This document shows, piece by piece, positions 45,745 to 55,831 of a DNA stretch of 64,000 bases; position 1 is the stretch's first letter, and each line of letters starts with the position of its first letter. The notes beneath the pieces were generated by a model. It ran no database searches and had not been told where the DNA came from. It saw only the letters and a list, made by a program, of their open reading frames with translations. The position numbers and the translations under genes were made by a program. Source of the stretch: an uncultured Acidimicrobiia bacterium (GTDB lineage Bacteria > Actinomycetota > Acidimicrobiia > Acidimicrobiales > AC-14); assembly GCA_963836205.1 (NCBI GenBank), contig CAWIIV010000022.1, forward strand, positions 1 to 64,000. The letters run 5' to 3'.

Positions 45745-46402
45745 CGCGGCCCTGGTGGCGGGCAAGGACCTGCGGGTGGAGGCCCGGTCGCGGGTCGGTG
45801 TCAACCAGGTGGTGCCCTTCGCCCTGCTCATCCTGGTCCTGTTCGCCTTCGCCCTCGACTCCGACCGCGAGGTGCTGACCAAGGTCGGGCCCGGCCTGTT
45901 CTGGGTGGCGGTTATGTTCTCCGCCCTCCTCGGAATCCAGCGATCGTTCGTCATCGAGGCCGACGACGACGCCCGCGACGCCCTGCGCCTGTCCGGCCTC
46001 GACGGGGCCGGCATCTTCCTGGGCAAGGCGGGGGCGGTGGCGGTGCAGCTGGTCGTGCTGGAGGTTGTGCTGGCGGTGGGGGTGATCGTCCTCTACGACG
46101 TCCACCTGCAAAGCCCGATCCTCCTCCTGCTCACCTGCCTGACCGCGACGATCGGGCTGGCCGCCGCCGGTACGGTCTACGGCATCATCGCCGCAGGTCT
46201 CCGGGTGCGCGACACCCTCCTCCCGCTGCTCGTCCTGCCCGTCCTGGCCCCGGTGCTGCTGGCCGCGGCCCGGGCCTGCGACGCCGCGCTCGCCGGCACC
46301 CCGTCCGACGGCTGGCCCTGGGTCCGGCTCCTCGGCGTGTTCGCCACCATCTATGTCGCCTTCGGTGTCGTCGCCTTCGGCGCCCTCTTGGAAGAAGCCT
46401 GA
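45734..46402 (+). CDS. ccmB: Heme exporter protein CcmB
   Basis: KDLRVEARS, PGLFWVA, IFLGK, LLPLLVLPVLAPV. Confidence 0.92.
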   Translation: MWRDAALVAGKDLRVEARSRVGVNQVVPFALLILVLFAFALDSDREVLTKVGPGLFWVAVMFSALLGIQRSFVIEADDDARDALRLSGLDGAGIFLGKAGAVAVQLVVLEVVLAVGVIVLYDVHLQSPILLLLTCLTATIGLAAAGTVYGIIAAGLRVRDTLLPLLVLPVLAPVLLAAARACDAALAGTPSDGWPWVRLLGVFATIYVAFGVVAFGALLEEA

Positions 46403-47280
46403 TGAGAACCCGCGCCACCCGCATCCTGGGGTGGGCGACCGCGCTGTCGCTCGCCCTCACCGCCGTCCTCGCCCTCGCCGTGTCGCCGGCCGACGTCAAC
46501 CAGAAGGACGCCGTCCGGCTGCTCTACCTGCACGTTCCCACCGCCTGGCTGGCGATGTACGTGTCGTTCGGGGTCACCAGCCTGGCCAGCGCCCTCTACC
46601 TCTGGCCCCGCACCCGCAGCCGCTTCTGGGACCTCACCGCGGGGGCGTCGGCCGAGATCGGCGTCGTGTTCCTCGGCCTGACGCTCCTCATCGGGTCGAT
46701 CTGGGGCCGCACCACCTGGGGCGTGTGGTGGACGTGGGACGCCCGCCTGACGACGACCGCGGTCCTGTTCGTCCTTTACCTCGGCTACCTGGCCGTGCGC
46801 CGGGTGGTGGCCGACCCCGAGGTGGCGGCCAAGCGGGCCGCCATCGTGGCCATCGCCGCCTTCCTCGACGTCCCCCTCGTCCACAAGTCGGTGGAGTGGT
46901 GGCGCACCCTCCACCAGCCGGCCAGCCTCTTCGACCAGCGACGGCTGCTCGACCCGCAGATCACGGGCGTCATGCTCCTCACCCTGCTGGTGGCGGTGTT
47001 CGCCTTCACCCTCCTCTACGCCTGGCTGCTGGTCCACCGCTTCCGGCTGGCGTGGCTGGAGGACCGGGCCGGCGACCGGCGCATGGAGGTGGCCCTGGCC
47101 GAGCGCCACGCCGAGGCGGGGATGGCCGACGGGGCCGGACTGGCCGACGGGGCCGGACTGGCGGATGGGGCCGGACTGGCGGACGGGGCCGGACTGGCCG
47201 ACGGGGCCGGATTGGCCGTCGGGGCCCCGACCGAGCCTGGGACGAGCCTGCCCCGTGCCACCCTGGAGCCCACGCCATGA
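46402..47280 (+). CDS. ccmC: Heme chaperone-loading protein CcmC
   Basis: LYLHVP, WWD motif [30 protein letters not shown]. Confidence 0.94.
   Translation: MRTRATRILGWATALSLALTAVLALAVSPADVNQKDAVRLLYLHVPTAWLAMYVSFGVTSLASALYLWPRTRSRFWDLTAGASAEIGVVFLGLTLLIGSIWGRTTWGVWWTWDARLTTTAVLFVLYLGYLAVRRVVADPEVAAKRAAIVAIAAFLDVPLVHKSVEWWRTLHQPASLFDQRRLLDPQITGVMLLTLLVAVFAFTLLYAWLLVHRFRLAWLEDRAGDRRMEVALAERHAEAGMADGAGLADGAGLADGAGLADGAGLADGAGLAVGAPTEPGTSLPRATLEPTP
47124..47217 (+). repeat. 18-bp in-frame repeat encoding (ADGAGL)x5 in the CcmC tail
   Basis: GGCCGACGGGGCCGGACT units with synonymous variation. Confidence 0.9.
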
Positions 47281-47423
47281 CCCACGCCGCTTACATCTTC
47301 GCCGGCTACGGCCTCACCACTGCTGTCCTCGCCGGCTACGCGGCCTGGGTGGTCAGCCGCCGCCGGAGCCTGGCTCGCGCCCTCGGGCTCGACCACGGCT
47401 CGCGGGCCTCCTCCTCTGAGTGA
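47277..47423 (+). CDS. ccmD: CcmD-like small membrane protein
   Basis: 48 aa, YIFAGYGLT TM then basic tail, between ccmC and ccmE. Confidence 0.75.
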   Translation: MTHAAYIFAGYGLTTAVLAGYAAWVVSRRRSLARALGLDHGSRASSSE

Positions 47424-47436
47424 CCGGTAGCAGAAG

Positions 47437-47844
47437 GTGAGCAGGCGCAACTGGATCGCGGTGACGCTGGTGCTCGCCGCCCTCGCGTTCCTCGTGTACC
47501 AGGGCCTGGGCAACGCCACCCTGTACTTCCGCACGGCCGACGAGGCGGTGGCCCAGCGGGAGGAGCTCGGCGACCGCCGTTTCCGCATCGAGGGCAATGT
47601 CCTCGATCCGGTGGCCCAGGAGGGAGAGTTCGTCCGCTTCCAGATCGAGTCCAACGGGGTCGAGGTGCCGATCACCCACAAGGGTGACCCGCCGGAGCTG
47701 TTCCAGCCGGGCATCCCGGTGGTGCTCGAGGGCCGGTTCCAGGGGGAGGGCTTCTCCAGTGACCGCATCCTGGTGAAGCACTCGGAGACCTACGTGGCCG
47801 AGAACCCCGAGCGGGTCACGACGGTCCCCGGCACCAGCCCGTGA
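47437..47844 (+). CDS. ccmE: Heme chaperone CcmE
   Basis: LYFRTADE, PPELFQPG, ILVKHSETY (HxxxY). Confidence 0.93.
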   Translation: MSRRNWIAVTLVLAALAFLVYQGLGNATLYFRTADEAVAQREELGDRRFRIEGNVLDPVAQEGEFVRFQIESNGVEVPITHKGDPPELFQPGIPVVLEGRFQGEGFSSDRILVKHSETYVAENPERVTTVPGTSP

Positions 47845-49871
47845 ACGCGGTCGTAGGGACGGCCGCGGTGGCGCTCGCCCTGGCCGGCTCGATCCTCGGG
47901 GTCATCACCCTGGCCATCGGGCTCAAGCGGGCCGACGTCCGGCTCCTGCGGCTGGGTCACCGCTACGCCTGGGTGGTGCTGGCCGGCGCGGTGCTCGCCA
48001 CCATCGCCATGCAGTCCGCCCTCATCGGCCACGACTTCTCCGTCGCCTACGTGGCCCGCAACGGCAGCCGGAGCACACCGCTGCTCTACACGATCACCGG
48101 CATGTGGTCGGCCCTGGAGGGCTCGATCCTGCTGTGGGGGCTGGTGCTGGCCGGCTACCTGGCGGTGATGGCCCGCCACTTCCGCACCCGGGCGTCCGAC
48201 CCGCTGGTGGCATGGGCCACCCTCACCGTCCTCGTCGTGGTCGCCTTCTTCTTCCTGCTCCTGGCCGGGCCGGCCAACCCGTTCAGGATCGGCTCGGGGC
48301 CGACCCCCCTCGACGGCATGGGGCCCAACCCGCTCCTCCAGAACCACCCGCTGGTGGCCTTCCACCCGCCCATGCTCTACCTGGGCTACGTCGGCTTCAC
48401 CATCCCCTTCGCCTTCGCCATCGCCGCCCTCGCCACCGGCCGCCTGGGCGAGGGGTGGCTGATCGAGACCCGCCGCTGGACCCTGTTCGCCTGGGGCTTC
48501 CTCACCCTGGGGGTCATCCTCGGCGCCTGGTGGTCGTACGAGGTCCTCGGCTGGGGCGGGTACTGGGCGTGGGACCCGGTGGAGAACGCATCCTTCCTGC
48601 CGTGGCTGACGGCGACGGCCTACCTCCACTCGGTGATGGTTCAGGAGCGGCGGGGGATGCTCCGCGTCTGGAACCTGTCCCTGCTGGTGGCCACCTTCTC
48701 CCTCACCATCCTGGGCACGTTCCTCACCCGCTCGGGCGTGCTCGACTCGGTCCACGCCTTCTCCGAGTCGGCCATCGGACCCATGATCCTGGCCTTCTTC
48801 GCGGTGGTCGTGGCGGTGTCGGTCGGACTCATCGCCTGGCGGGCCGACCGGTTGCGGTCGCCGGGGACGATCGACTCGCCCGTCTCCCGGGAGGGCGCGT
48901 TCCTGGCCAACAACGTGGCCTTCGGGGCCTTCGCCTTCGTGGTGCTCCTGGGCACCATCTTCCCCCTGATCGCGGAGGCCGTCCGGGGCGACCGGCTGTC
49001 GGTGGGGGCGCCCTACTTTGAGCGCATGACGATGCCCGTCGGCTTCACGCTGCTCTTCCTCATGGCCGTGGCCCCCGCCCTGCCGTGGCGGCGGGCGTCC
49101 ACCGAGGTGCTGCACCGGCGGCTGCTGTGGCCGGCGTGGGCGGGCACCCTCACCGTGGTGGCCTGTGTGGCGTTCGGGTTGCGGGGCTTCGGGGCGCTGG
49201 TGGCGTTCGGGCTGTCGGCCTTCGCGGGGGCCGCCGCCATCCGCCAACTGGTCCTGTCGGTAGGGGGCGCCCGGGCCCAGGGCACGCCGTTGTGGCGGGG
49301 ACTGGTGGGGCGGGCCAACGGGGGGATGATCGTCCACCTCGGCGTCGTGCTCATCGCCTGCGGCTTCGCCGCCAGCTCGTCGTTCGGCCACAGCCACCAG
49401 TTCCGGCTGGCGCCGGGGGAGTCGGCCAGCCTGGCCGGGCACACCGTCACCTACCTGGGCTTCGACGTGATCGACCAGCCCAACAAGACCACCTACCGGG
49501 CTCGGGTCCGCATCGACGGCGGCAAGGTCTACGCCCCCGCCCTCCACCAGTTCCCCGGGGCCAGCCTGGCCATCGGCTCGCCCTCGGTGCGCAGCGGGCC
49601 CATCGACGACGTCTACCTCACCCTGGTGGCCGCCCCCGACGCCTCGGTCGGCGACGGCACGGCCGTGATCGGGGTCAACATCCAACCCCTGGTGGCCTGG
49701 CTGTGGCTGGGCGGGGCGGTGATGGGCTTCGGGACGCTGCTGGCCGCCTGGCCCCGCGACCGCCGCCGCCGGACTCCGCCCGCGGACGGCGCGGGCGCGG
49801 AGCCGCCGGCCGCGACCGTCCCCGAAACGGTTCCCGTCCCCCGTCCCGAGCCGGCGGAGGTGCCCGGATGA
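47841..49871 (+). CDS. ccmF: Heme lyase CcmF
   Basis: EGSILLW, NPLLQ, HPPMLYLGY, WGGYWAWDPVENAS, SVHAF, HLG. Confidence 0.96.
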   Translation: MNAVVGTAAVALALAGSILGVITLAIGLKRADVRLLRLGHRYAWVVLAGAVLATIAMQSALIGHDFSVAYVARNGSRSTPLLYTITGMWSALEGSILLWGLVLAGYLAVMARHFRTRASDPLVAWATLTVLVVVAFFFLLLAGPANPFRIGSGPTPLDGMGPNPLLQNHPLVAFHPPMLYLGYVGFTIPFAFAIAALATGRLGEGWLIETRRWTLFAWGFLTLGVILGAWWSYEVLGWGGYWAWDPVENASFLPWLTATAYLHSVMVQERRGMLRVWNLSLLVATFSLTILGTFLTRSGVLDSVHAFSESAIGPMILAFFAVVVAVSVGLIAWRADRLRSPGTIDSPVSREGAFLANNVAFGAFAFVVLLGTIFPLIAEAVRGDRLSVGAPYFERMTMPVGFTLLFLMAVAPALPWRRASTEVLHRRLLWPAWAGTLTVVACVAFGLRGFGALVAFGLSAFAGAAAIRQLVLSVGGARAQGTPLWRGLVGRANGGMIVHLGVVLIACGFAASSSFGHSHQFRLAPGESASLAGHTVTYLGFDVIDQPNKTTYRARVRIDGGKVYAPALHQFPGASLAIGSPSVRSGPIDDVYLTLVAAPDASVGDGTAVIGVNIQPLVAWLWLGGAVMGFGTLLAAWPRDRRRRTPPADGAGAEPPAATVPETVPVPRPEPAEVPG

Positions 49872-50320
49872 CCCGGCGGGCGGTCTGGGCGGTGATGGCG
49901 GTGGTGCTGGTCGGCGCCCTGGCCATCGGCTCGCAACGGGACGGGCCGGTGACGGCGGAGGCCCGCGTCCGCCGGATCGGGTCCGACCTCCGCTGCCCCA
50001 CCTGCCAGGGGATGTCGGTGGCCGACTCGGAGGCGCCGGCCGCAGTCGGGATCCGGGAAGAGATCGGCCGCCGGGTGGCCGAAGGCCGGGAGACCGACGG
50101 TCAGATCAAGGACTTCATCCTCGGCCTCTACCCGAACATCAGCCTCCGCCCGGAGACCCGGGGCCTGGGACTGGTCGTGTGGGCGCTACCGGTGGTGGCC
50201 GCCGCCGCCGTTGTGTGCGGGTTGGCGGTTGTCCTCGTGCGCCGCCGGCGGGTTGCCGAGCAGCCGGGGCTGTCCGACGACGACCGCCTGCTGGTCGAGG
50301 AAGCGCTGCGGCAACCGTGA
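49868..50320 (+). CDS. ccmH: Cytochrome c biogenesis protein CcmH
   Basis: LRCPTCQG motif; WALP TM. Confidence 0.92.
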   Translation: MTRRAVWAVMAVVLVGALAIGSQRDGPVTAEARVRRIGSDLRCPTCQGMSVADSEAPAAVGIREEIGRRVAEGRETDGQIKDFILGLYPNISLRPETRGLGLVVWALPVVAAAAVVCGLAVVLVRRRRVAEQPGLSDDDRLLVEEALRQP

Positions 50321-51520
50321 GCGGCGACGATCTGGCCGCCCTCCGGGAGCAGCGCGACGTGCTGCTCAGGTCGATCCGCGACCTGGAGCAGGAGCGGTCG
50401 GCAGGGGAGATCGGCGACGACGACTACGCCGCCCTGAAGGACGACTACACCGCCCGCGCCGCGGCCGTGCTGCGGGCCATCAAGGCGGTTCGACCCTCCG
50501 GTGCGAGGGGGACTCGACCCCGACCGGCGGGTTCCCGACCCATCCGCCGCCCGCCCGGAGCCGGCCCGACCCGCCGGTCGCCGGGCACCCGGCCCAGGGG
50601 ACGGCCGTCGTCGCGAACCCCCCCGTCGGACGCCGATCGCCGCACCGCCGCCGATAGGAGTACCGCCACCAACGGGCCTGCCGCAGCCGACGGGCCATCG
50701 GCGGCCAACGGAAGTCCCGCCGAACGCCGTACCGCCCGAGCCCGCCGTCCCGCGGCCGTCCGACGTCCCGGCGCCGACGGACGTCGCACCGCCCGCCGTC
50801 CCGCCACCAATCGCCGTGCCACCGCCACACAATCGCCGTGCCACCGCCACCAATCGCCGTGCCGCCGCCGCCGCCCGTGCCGCCGCCGCCGGCGGCGGCG
50901 GTCCCGCCACCGACCGTCTGCCCGCCTCGCAGGGCGCTCGTCGGCACCGACCGGCGGTCAACCCTCCGGTCGGGCGTCGCCAGCGGTCGCTCGCCGTCAG
51001 CCTGGTGGTGGCGTTCGCGATCGCGGCGCTGGCCGGGATCTCGGTGGTACTCCTCTCTGGCAGCCGCAACCCGGGGGAGCCCGTCACCGGCTCCGTGCCC
51101 GGAGGAGAGGCGGCGGCGGAGGTCAACCGAGTCGACGAGGCGCTCGCCCTCGAGGCCGATGGGCGGGCGGTCGACGCCCTCAAGGTCTACGACGAGATCC
51201 TCGCAGGCGATCCCGACGACGTCGAGGCCCTCGCCTACCGGGGCTGGCTCCTCAAGCGGGCGGGGCTGCCGGACAAGGCCATGGAGTCCCTCGACCGCGC
51301 CGTCACCATCGAACCCACCTTCCCCGACGCCCACTTCTTCCGGGGTATGGTCCTCTTCCAGGACCGAAACGACCCCGACGGGGCGGTCGTGGAGTTCAAG
51401 GCGTTCCTGGCCAACAACCCGCCGCCCGACTTCGTCGAGGCCGTCCAGGAGGTGCTGGCCAACGCCGAAGCGGCGGCCGCGGCCAAGGCCGCGGGCGCGA
51501 CCACGACGGTCGCGCCCTAA
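50317..51520 (+). CDS. CcmI-like TPR protein with Pro-rich linker; frameshifted
   Basis: LLRSIRDLEQE...GEIGDDDY...L..DY N-terminus; TM and TPRs (EALAYRGW, PDAHFFRG) in frame of ORF 50501..51520. Confidence 0.75.
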
Positions 51521-51566
51521 CCGAACCCGGGGGAAACGGTCTGCCCGGCCGAGCGGTCGGACCACC

Positions 51567-52970
51567 ATGGCCCTTCTCCCGGTACGCACCCCTCGGCGGG
51601 CGGCGGCGGCCGCACTGGTCGCCCTGGTCCTCCTGGCCCCGTCGCCGGCGGACGCCCGCCAACCGCAGACCCCGGCCCAGGACGCGGCCGTCGAGGGTGT
51701 CGTCACCCACCAGGACGGCTCCCCGGCGGAGGGCGTGCCGGTGCGGGTGGTCGGTTATGACGACCCCGGCCTGGTGGGGGCCCTCACCTTGGTCTTCAGC
51801 CTCGGCCTGGCGTGCATCGCCGACTTCTCCATCTGCGGGGGCGACTCGACCGGTGGCACGGGTGCCACCACCGGTGCCGACGGCGGCTACCACGGCTCGC
51901 TCCCCGGGTCCTACGTCGCCGGCACCGAGACCGATACCGACTGGACCGTCACCGCCACCCTCCCGCCGGCCGCGGGCCAGGTCCGGGGTCCGAGCTCGGC
52001 GTTCGAGTTCGAGGTCAACATCGCCCTCCAGGCCGCCCCCCCGCTTCCCCTCTGGGAGCAGACCCCGTCGTTCTCGGTCGACGGCTGGGAGGCGACGGTG
52101 TCGGTCGACGGACGACCCCCCGCCGGCACCGGGGAGACCACCGTCGCCATCACCACGACAGGGGGAACGATCAGCGTGCCGGGATCGTCGGCCACCGTCG
52201 ACCTGCGCCGGCTCGAGGCGGTCGACAGCGACCCCGGGACGGCGCAGCCCCACGGTTACGCCACCGCCTACGCCGACGTGCGCGTCCCCCACGCCAACGG
52301 CCGCACGATCTACCACCAGGCCGTCACCACCGGCGTCGTGGCCCTCCCTCCCGTCGACCTGACCCCGCCGTCCCGGTGGGCGCCGTGCTCGATCGTCACG
52401 ACCGACGGCACCGTGACGGCGATGCCCCGTGAGCGGTGCGCGGCCACCGACGGCCGCCGGTCGGGCTTCGGCGCCACCGGGACGGCGTCGGTCACGGTGG
52501 AACTCGAGTCGCCGGTGGAGGTGGCCGATGTCTTCGTGGTCGGCTGCCTCGACCACTGCACCGTCGAGGCGTCGGCCGACGGCGCCACCTGGACGGCGCT
52601 GACGAACGGGTGGACCGACGCCTCGTCCAGCGCGGCGTCGTACAACGACCTCCTGGTGGCCTCGCCCGCGGCCCCCCTGGCGTCCCGTTTCGTCCGGGTC
52701 AGCGCGCCCGGAGGCATCGAGGACGTGACCGAGGTCTCGGTCTGGCCCGGTCCGGCCGCGCTCGTCCCTCCGACGACGGTCGCCCCGGTGACGGTCCCGG
52801 CGCCGGTGACGGTCGGCATCAGCCCGACGGCACCCGTCCTGCCCGCTCCGCACGACGACGGCGGCGGCGGGACCAGCACCGCCTCGTTGGCCGTGGTGGC
52901 TGTCGTCGCCCTCGCGGTGGCGGGGGGTGCCGTCGCCATTGCGATGGCGAAGGGCCGGCGCCAGGGGTGA
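51567..52970 (+). CDS. Secreted beta-rich protein with C-terminal membrane anchor
   Basis: Signal peptide; carboxypeptidase-regulatory-like start (VEGVVTHQDGSPAEGVPV); discoidin-like VEASADGATW / RFVRV / EVSVW; C-terminal TM plus KGRR. Confidence 0.75.
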   Translation: MALLPVRTPRRAAAAALVALVLLAPSPADARQPQTPAQDAAVEGVVTHQDGSPAEGVPVRVVGYDDPGLVGALTLVFSLGLACIADFSICGGDSTGGTGATTGADGGYHGSLPGSYVAGTETDTDWTVTATLPPAAGQVRGPSSAFEFEVNIALQAAPPLPLWEQTPSFSVDGWEATVSVDGRPPAGTGETTVAITTTGGTISVPGSSATVDLRRLEAVDSDPGTAQPHGYATAYADVRVPHANGRTIYHQAVTTGVVALPPVDLTPPSRWAPCSIVTTDGTVTAMPRERCAATDGRRSGFGATGTASVTVELESPVEVADVFVVGCLDHCTVEASADGATWTALTNGWTDASSSAASYNDLLVASPAAPLASRFVRVSAPGGIEDVTEVSVWPGPAALVPPTTVAPVTVPAPVTVGISPTAPVLPAPHDDGGGGTSTASLAVVAVVALAVAGGAVAIAMAKGRRQG

Positions 52971-53009
52971 TTCGAGCAGACGCAATCGGCTCCGGGGCAT
53001 GCTTGGCGT

Positions 53010-53270
53010 ATGGAAATTCTGAGCGTCATCTTGAGCCTCGTGATCGCGGGCATCGTCTTCGGCTTCCTGGGTCGCCTGGCCATTCCGGGGCCGAACCCGA
53101 TGAGCGTCGGAATGACGATCCTCGTCGGCATCGGCGGTTCGTTCCTCGGGACGATCGTGGGGGTCATCCTCGGTGCCCGCCCGGAGCACAACGTGTGGCT
53201 GTTCTTCGTGCTCCAGGTCCTCGGCGCGGCCGCCATCGTCTGGTTCATCAGCCGCCGCTCGAGGCGCTGA
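53010..53270 (+). CDS. GlsB/YeaQ/YmgE family membrane protein
   Basis: GFLGRLAIPG, TILVGIGGSFLG, VLGAA. Confidence 0.85.
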   Translation: MEILSVILSLVIAGIVFGFLGRLAIPGPNPMSVGMTILVGIGGSFLGTIVGVILGARPEHNVWLFFVLQVLGAAAIVWFISRRSRR

Positions 53271-53324
53271 CCGAGCACGCGTTTGCGGCTGGCAGACTGA
53301 GGCCGGTCGAGACCAGGAGGCGAG

Positions 53325-53528
53325 ATGACGGACGTGCACCGATCCAAGCCTCCTCACATTCCGACACCCCGTGCCGACCTTGATGATCTCGTCCGGGCGA
53401 AGGGCCTTATGCCACTCCGGTCGATCGGGGATCTGGCTGCGTTTGCCGCCGACATCTGGGACTCGGATGCCGATCTGGACGACTTTCTGGCGGACGTTCG
53501 CACCAGCCGTGACGCCGATGTCGCCTAA
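53325..53528 (+). CDS. Probable antitoxin
   Basis: AGGAGG RBS; 67 aa, acidic C-terminus (IWDSDADLDDFLADV); precedes PIN gene. Confidence 0.7.
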   Translation: MTDVHRSKPPHIPTPRADLDDLVRAKGLMPLRSIGDLAAFAADIWDSDADLDDFLADVRTSRDADVA

Positions 53529-53533
53529 CCGAC

Positions 53534-53939
53534 GTGCCCGTCGTCGTCCTCGACACTGACGCCGCCTCTCTCGTTCAGTGAGAGCGCCTCGACCCCACCT
53601 ACGGGCGCCACCTCGTCGGCAACGTTCTCGGGATCACGTTCGTGACGCTGGCCGAGTTCCACAAGGGTATGGAGATCCGCTCATGGGGGGCGTCTCGTCG
53701 CCGTGATCTCATCGATTGGGGTCGACCGCCTCATCGTGCTGCCGTATGGCGAAGCGGTTTCCGAATCATGGGGACGACTAGCGGCGAGGGCGCAGCAGCG
53801 GGGTCGGCCGCGTCCGGTCAACGACATGTGGATTGCCGCGTGTTGCATCGCGGAGGACGTGCCACTGCTGACCCTGAACCGCAAGGACTTCGACGACTTC
53901 GCCCGGTTCGACGGCCTCCGCCTGCTCGGTGCCGCCTGA
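53534..53939 (+). pseudogene. PIN-domain toxin pseudogene
   Basis: VVLDTD, TLAEF, NDMWIAA, LLTLNRKDF; in-frame TGA at 53579-53581 and frameshift near 53718. Confidence 0.8.
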
Positions 53940-53945
53940 GAGGGG

Positions 53946-55060
53946 TCAGGAGCGCAGCGACCGCAGGCGGGCGACCACCTGGGGGAAGGCCTGGGCAAAG
54001 GCGTCGACGTCGGCCTCGGTCGTCGACCAGCCCACCGACACCCGTAGCGACCGCTCGGCGGGCACGCCCATGGCCTCCAGCACGGGTGAGGGTTCCAGCG
54101 ACTCCGACGAGCACGAGCTGCCGGAGTGGACCGCTACTCCAGCCTGGTCGAGCCCGAGCAGGACGGGCTCCGCCTCCACCCCCTCGACGCCGAAGCAGAC
54201 CAGGTGGGGGACCCGGTGGTCGACGTCGCCGAAGGGCTCCACGCCGGCGACCCCGAGCGCGGCGGCCACGACCGCGTCGGTCTGCGACCGGTTGCGTACC
54301 GCCTCCGACGCCAGCGTGCCCGGTGCGGCCAACACCTCGGCCGCGGCCCCGAAGCCGACGATGGCGGGCACGTTCTCCATCCCCGCCCGCCGGGCCCGCT
54401 CCTGCTCCCCCCGACCAGCAACGGGCGCAGGCGCAGCCCCCGGCGAACCAACAACGCCCCGATCCCCTGCGGCCCCCCCAGCTTGTGGGCGCTCACCGAC
54501 AGCAGGTCGGCGTCCAGGCCGACGAAGTCGATGGGGACGTGGCCGGCGGCGGCGGCCGCGTCGACGTGGACGAGGACCCCCCGCGTCCGGCAGGCGGCGA
54601 CGATCTCGGCCACCGGCTGCAACGTCCCCACCTCGTGGTTGGCCCACTGCACGTGCACCAACGCCGTCGAACCGGGCTGGATGGCGGCCACCACCTCGTC
54701 CGGGTCCACCCGCCCCATCCGGTCGACGCCCACCGTCGTCACCTCGAAGCGGGCCGACGCGTCCCGTACCGCCGAGTGCTCCACCGCCGGCACCACCATG
54801 CGCCCACCCCGCTCGCCCGCGCCCCAGACGGCGGCGGCGATGGCCTCGGTGGCCCCGCTGGTGAACACCACCTCCCGCGACCGGGCCCCGAACAGGGCCG
54901 CCACCCGTTCCCGGGCATCCTCCACCACCGCCCGGGCGATCCTGCCCTCGGTGTGCACCCGCCCCGGGTCGGCCGCCCCCGACAACCACGGGAGCATGGC
55001 CTCCACCGCCTCCGGCCGTGCCGGCGAGGTCGAGGCGTGGTCGAGGTAGTGGCGAGTCAG
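53946..55060 (-). CDS. Cysteine desulfurase (IscS/NifS type); frameshift near 54410
   Basis: YLDHASTSP, FTSGATEA, NHEVGT, SAHKLGGPQG, then RAGMENV and HSGSSCSS in the next frame; apparent start is CTG. Confidence 0.88.
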
Positions 55061-55070
55061 GGTTGGAAGC

Positions 55071-55781
55071 TCAGACGAACGTCACGCAGACGGAGTCGCC
55101 CTGGGGCCGGGAGGCCGACGTCTCGGGCACCGTGTCGCCGTAGAGCGTGGCCAGCATCCCCTTCACGATGCCCCGGTCGACGGCGCAGATCACCGGGTGC
55201 TGCACCGCCGCCTCGCCGAAGGGGCACTGCTCGGAGATGATGGCCAGCGCCCCCTCGCGGGACTGGGTGTGGGCGGCGAACCCATGGGCCGTCAGAGCGT
55301 CGGCCACCGTGTGCAGCGCCACCTGGAGCGACCGGTGGCCCTCGTTGGGGGCCATGGTGGCGGCCAGCGACCGCCCGTAGGCCTGCCCGACCTCCTCGGC
55401 CATGGCCTCGGCCGCCTCCAGGGGCACGAGGGCGAGGGTGCGGGCCAGCAGGGTGACGAGCAGGTCGTCGCGCCGGGCCGGGAACTCCAACCGCATGTCC
55501 TTGGCCACCGTGCGGTAGTGCTTCGACGGCCGTCCCGCCCCCGAATGCTCGGCCCGCTCGACGGCGACCACCAGGTACCCGCCGCCGGCCAGCTTGTCGA
55601 GGTGGTGCCGGGCCACGTTGGGGTGCAGCTCGAACCGCTCGGCCACCTCGGCTGCGGTGACCCCGTTGTCCGAGTCGTGGGCGAAGAGGTAGATCTCCCG
55701 CCGGGTGGGGTCGCCGAAGGCGCTGGTGACCGCGCTGACCGCAGCGCTGAACTCATCCGCCGTCAGAGCAGGTTGAGCCAC
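55071..55781 (-). CDS. HTH regulator with Cys-containing C-terminal domain (SufR/ArsR-like)
   Basis: FGDPTRREI, HPNVARHHLDKL, GRPSKHY, CPF...ICA...C; TAGAAT 6 nt upstream of GTG. Confidence 0.85.
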   Translation of the reverse strand: MAQPALTADEFSAAVSAVTSAFGDPTRREIYLFAHDSDNGVTAAEVAERFELHPNVARHHLDKLAGGGYLVVAVERAEHSGAGRPSKHYRTVAKDMRLEFPARRDDLLVTLLARTLALVPLEAAEAMAEEVGQAYGRSLAATMAPNEGHRSLQVALHTVADALTAHGFAAHTQSREGALAIISEQCPFGEAAVQHPVICAVDRGIVKGMLATLYGDTVPETSASRPQGDSVCVTFV

Positions 55782-55831
55782 CCCGGTATTCTACCTACAG
55801 CCATAGGAGAAATCGGAGTCCCGCCCGTCCC

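Noticed and set aside
52830-52970. Sortase substrate signal in the 51567..52970 protein
   Set aside because: Has a TM and basic tail but no LPxTG/LAxTG-like motif.
53579-53581. Selenocysteine or readthrough at the in-frame TGA of the PIN gene
   Set aside because: Not a Cys-equivalent position and the gene has additional frameshifts; simple decay is more likely.
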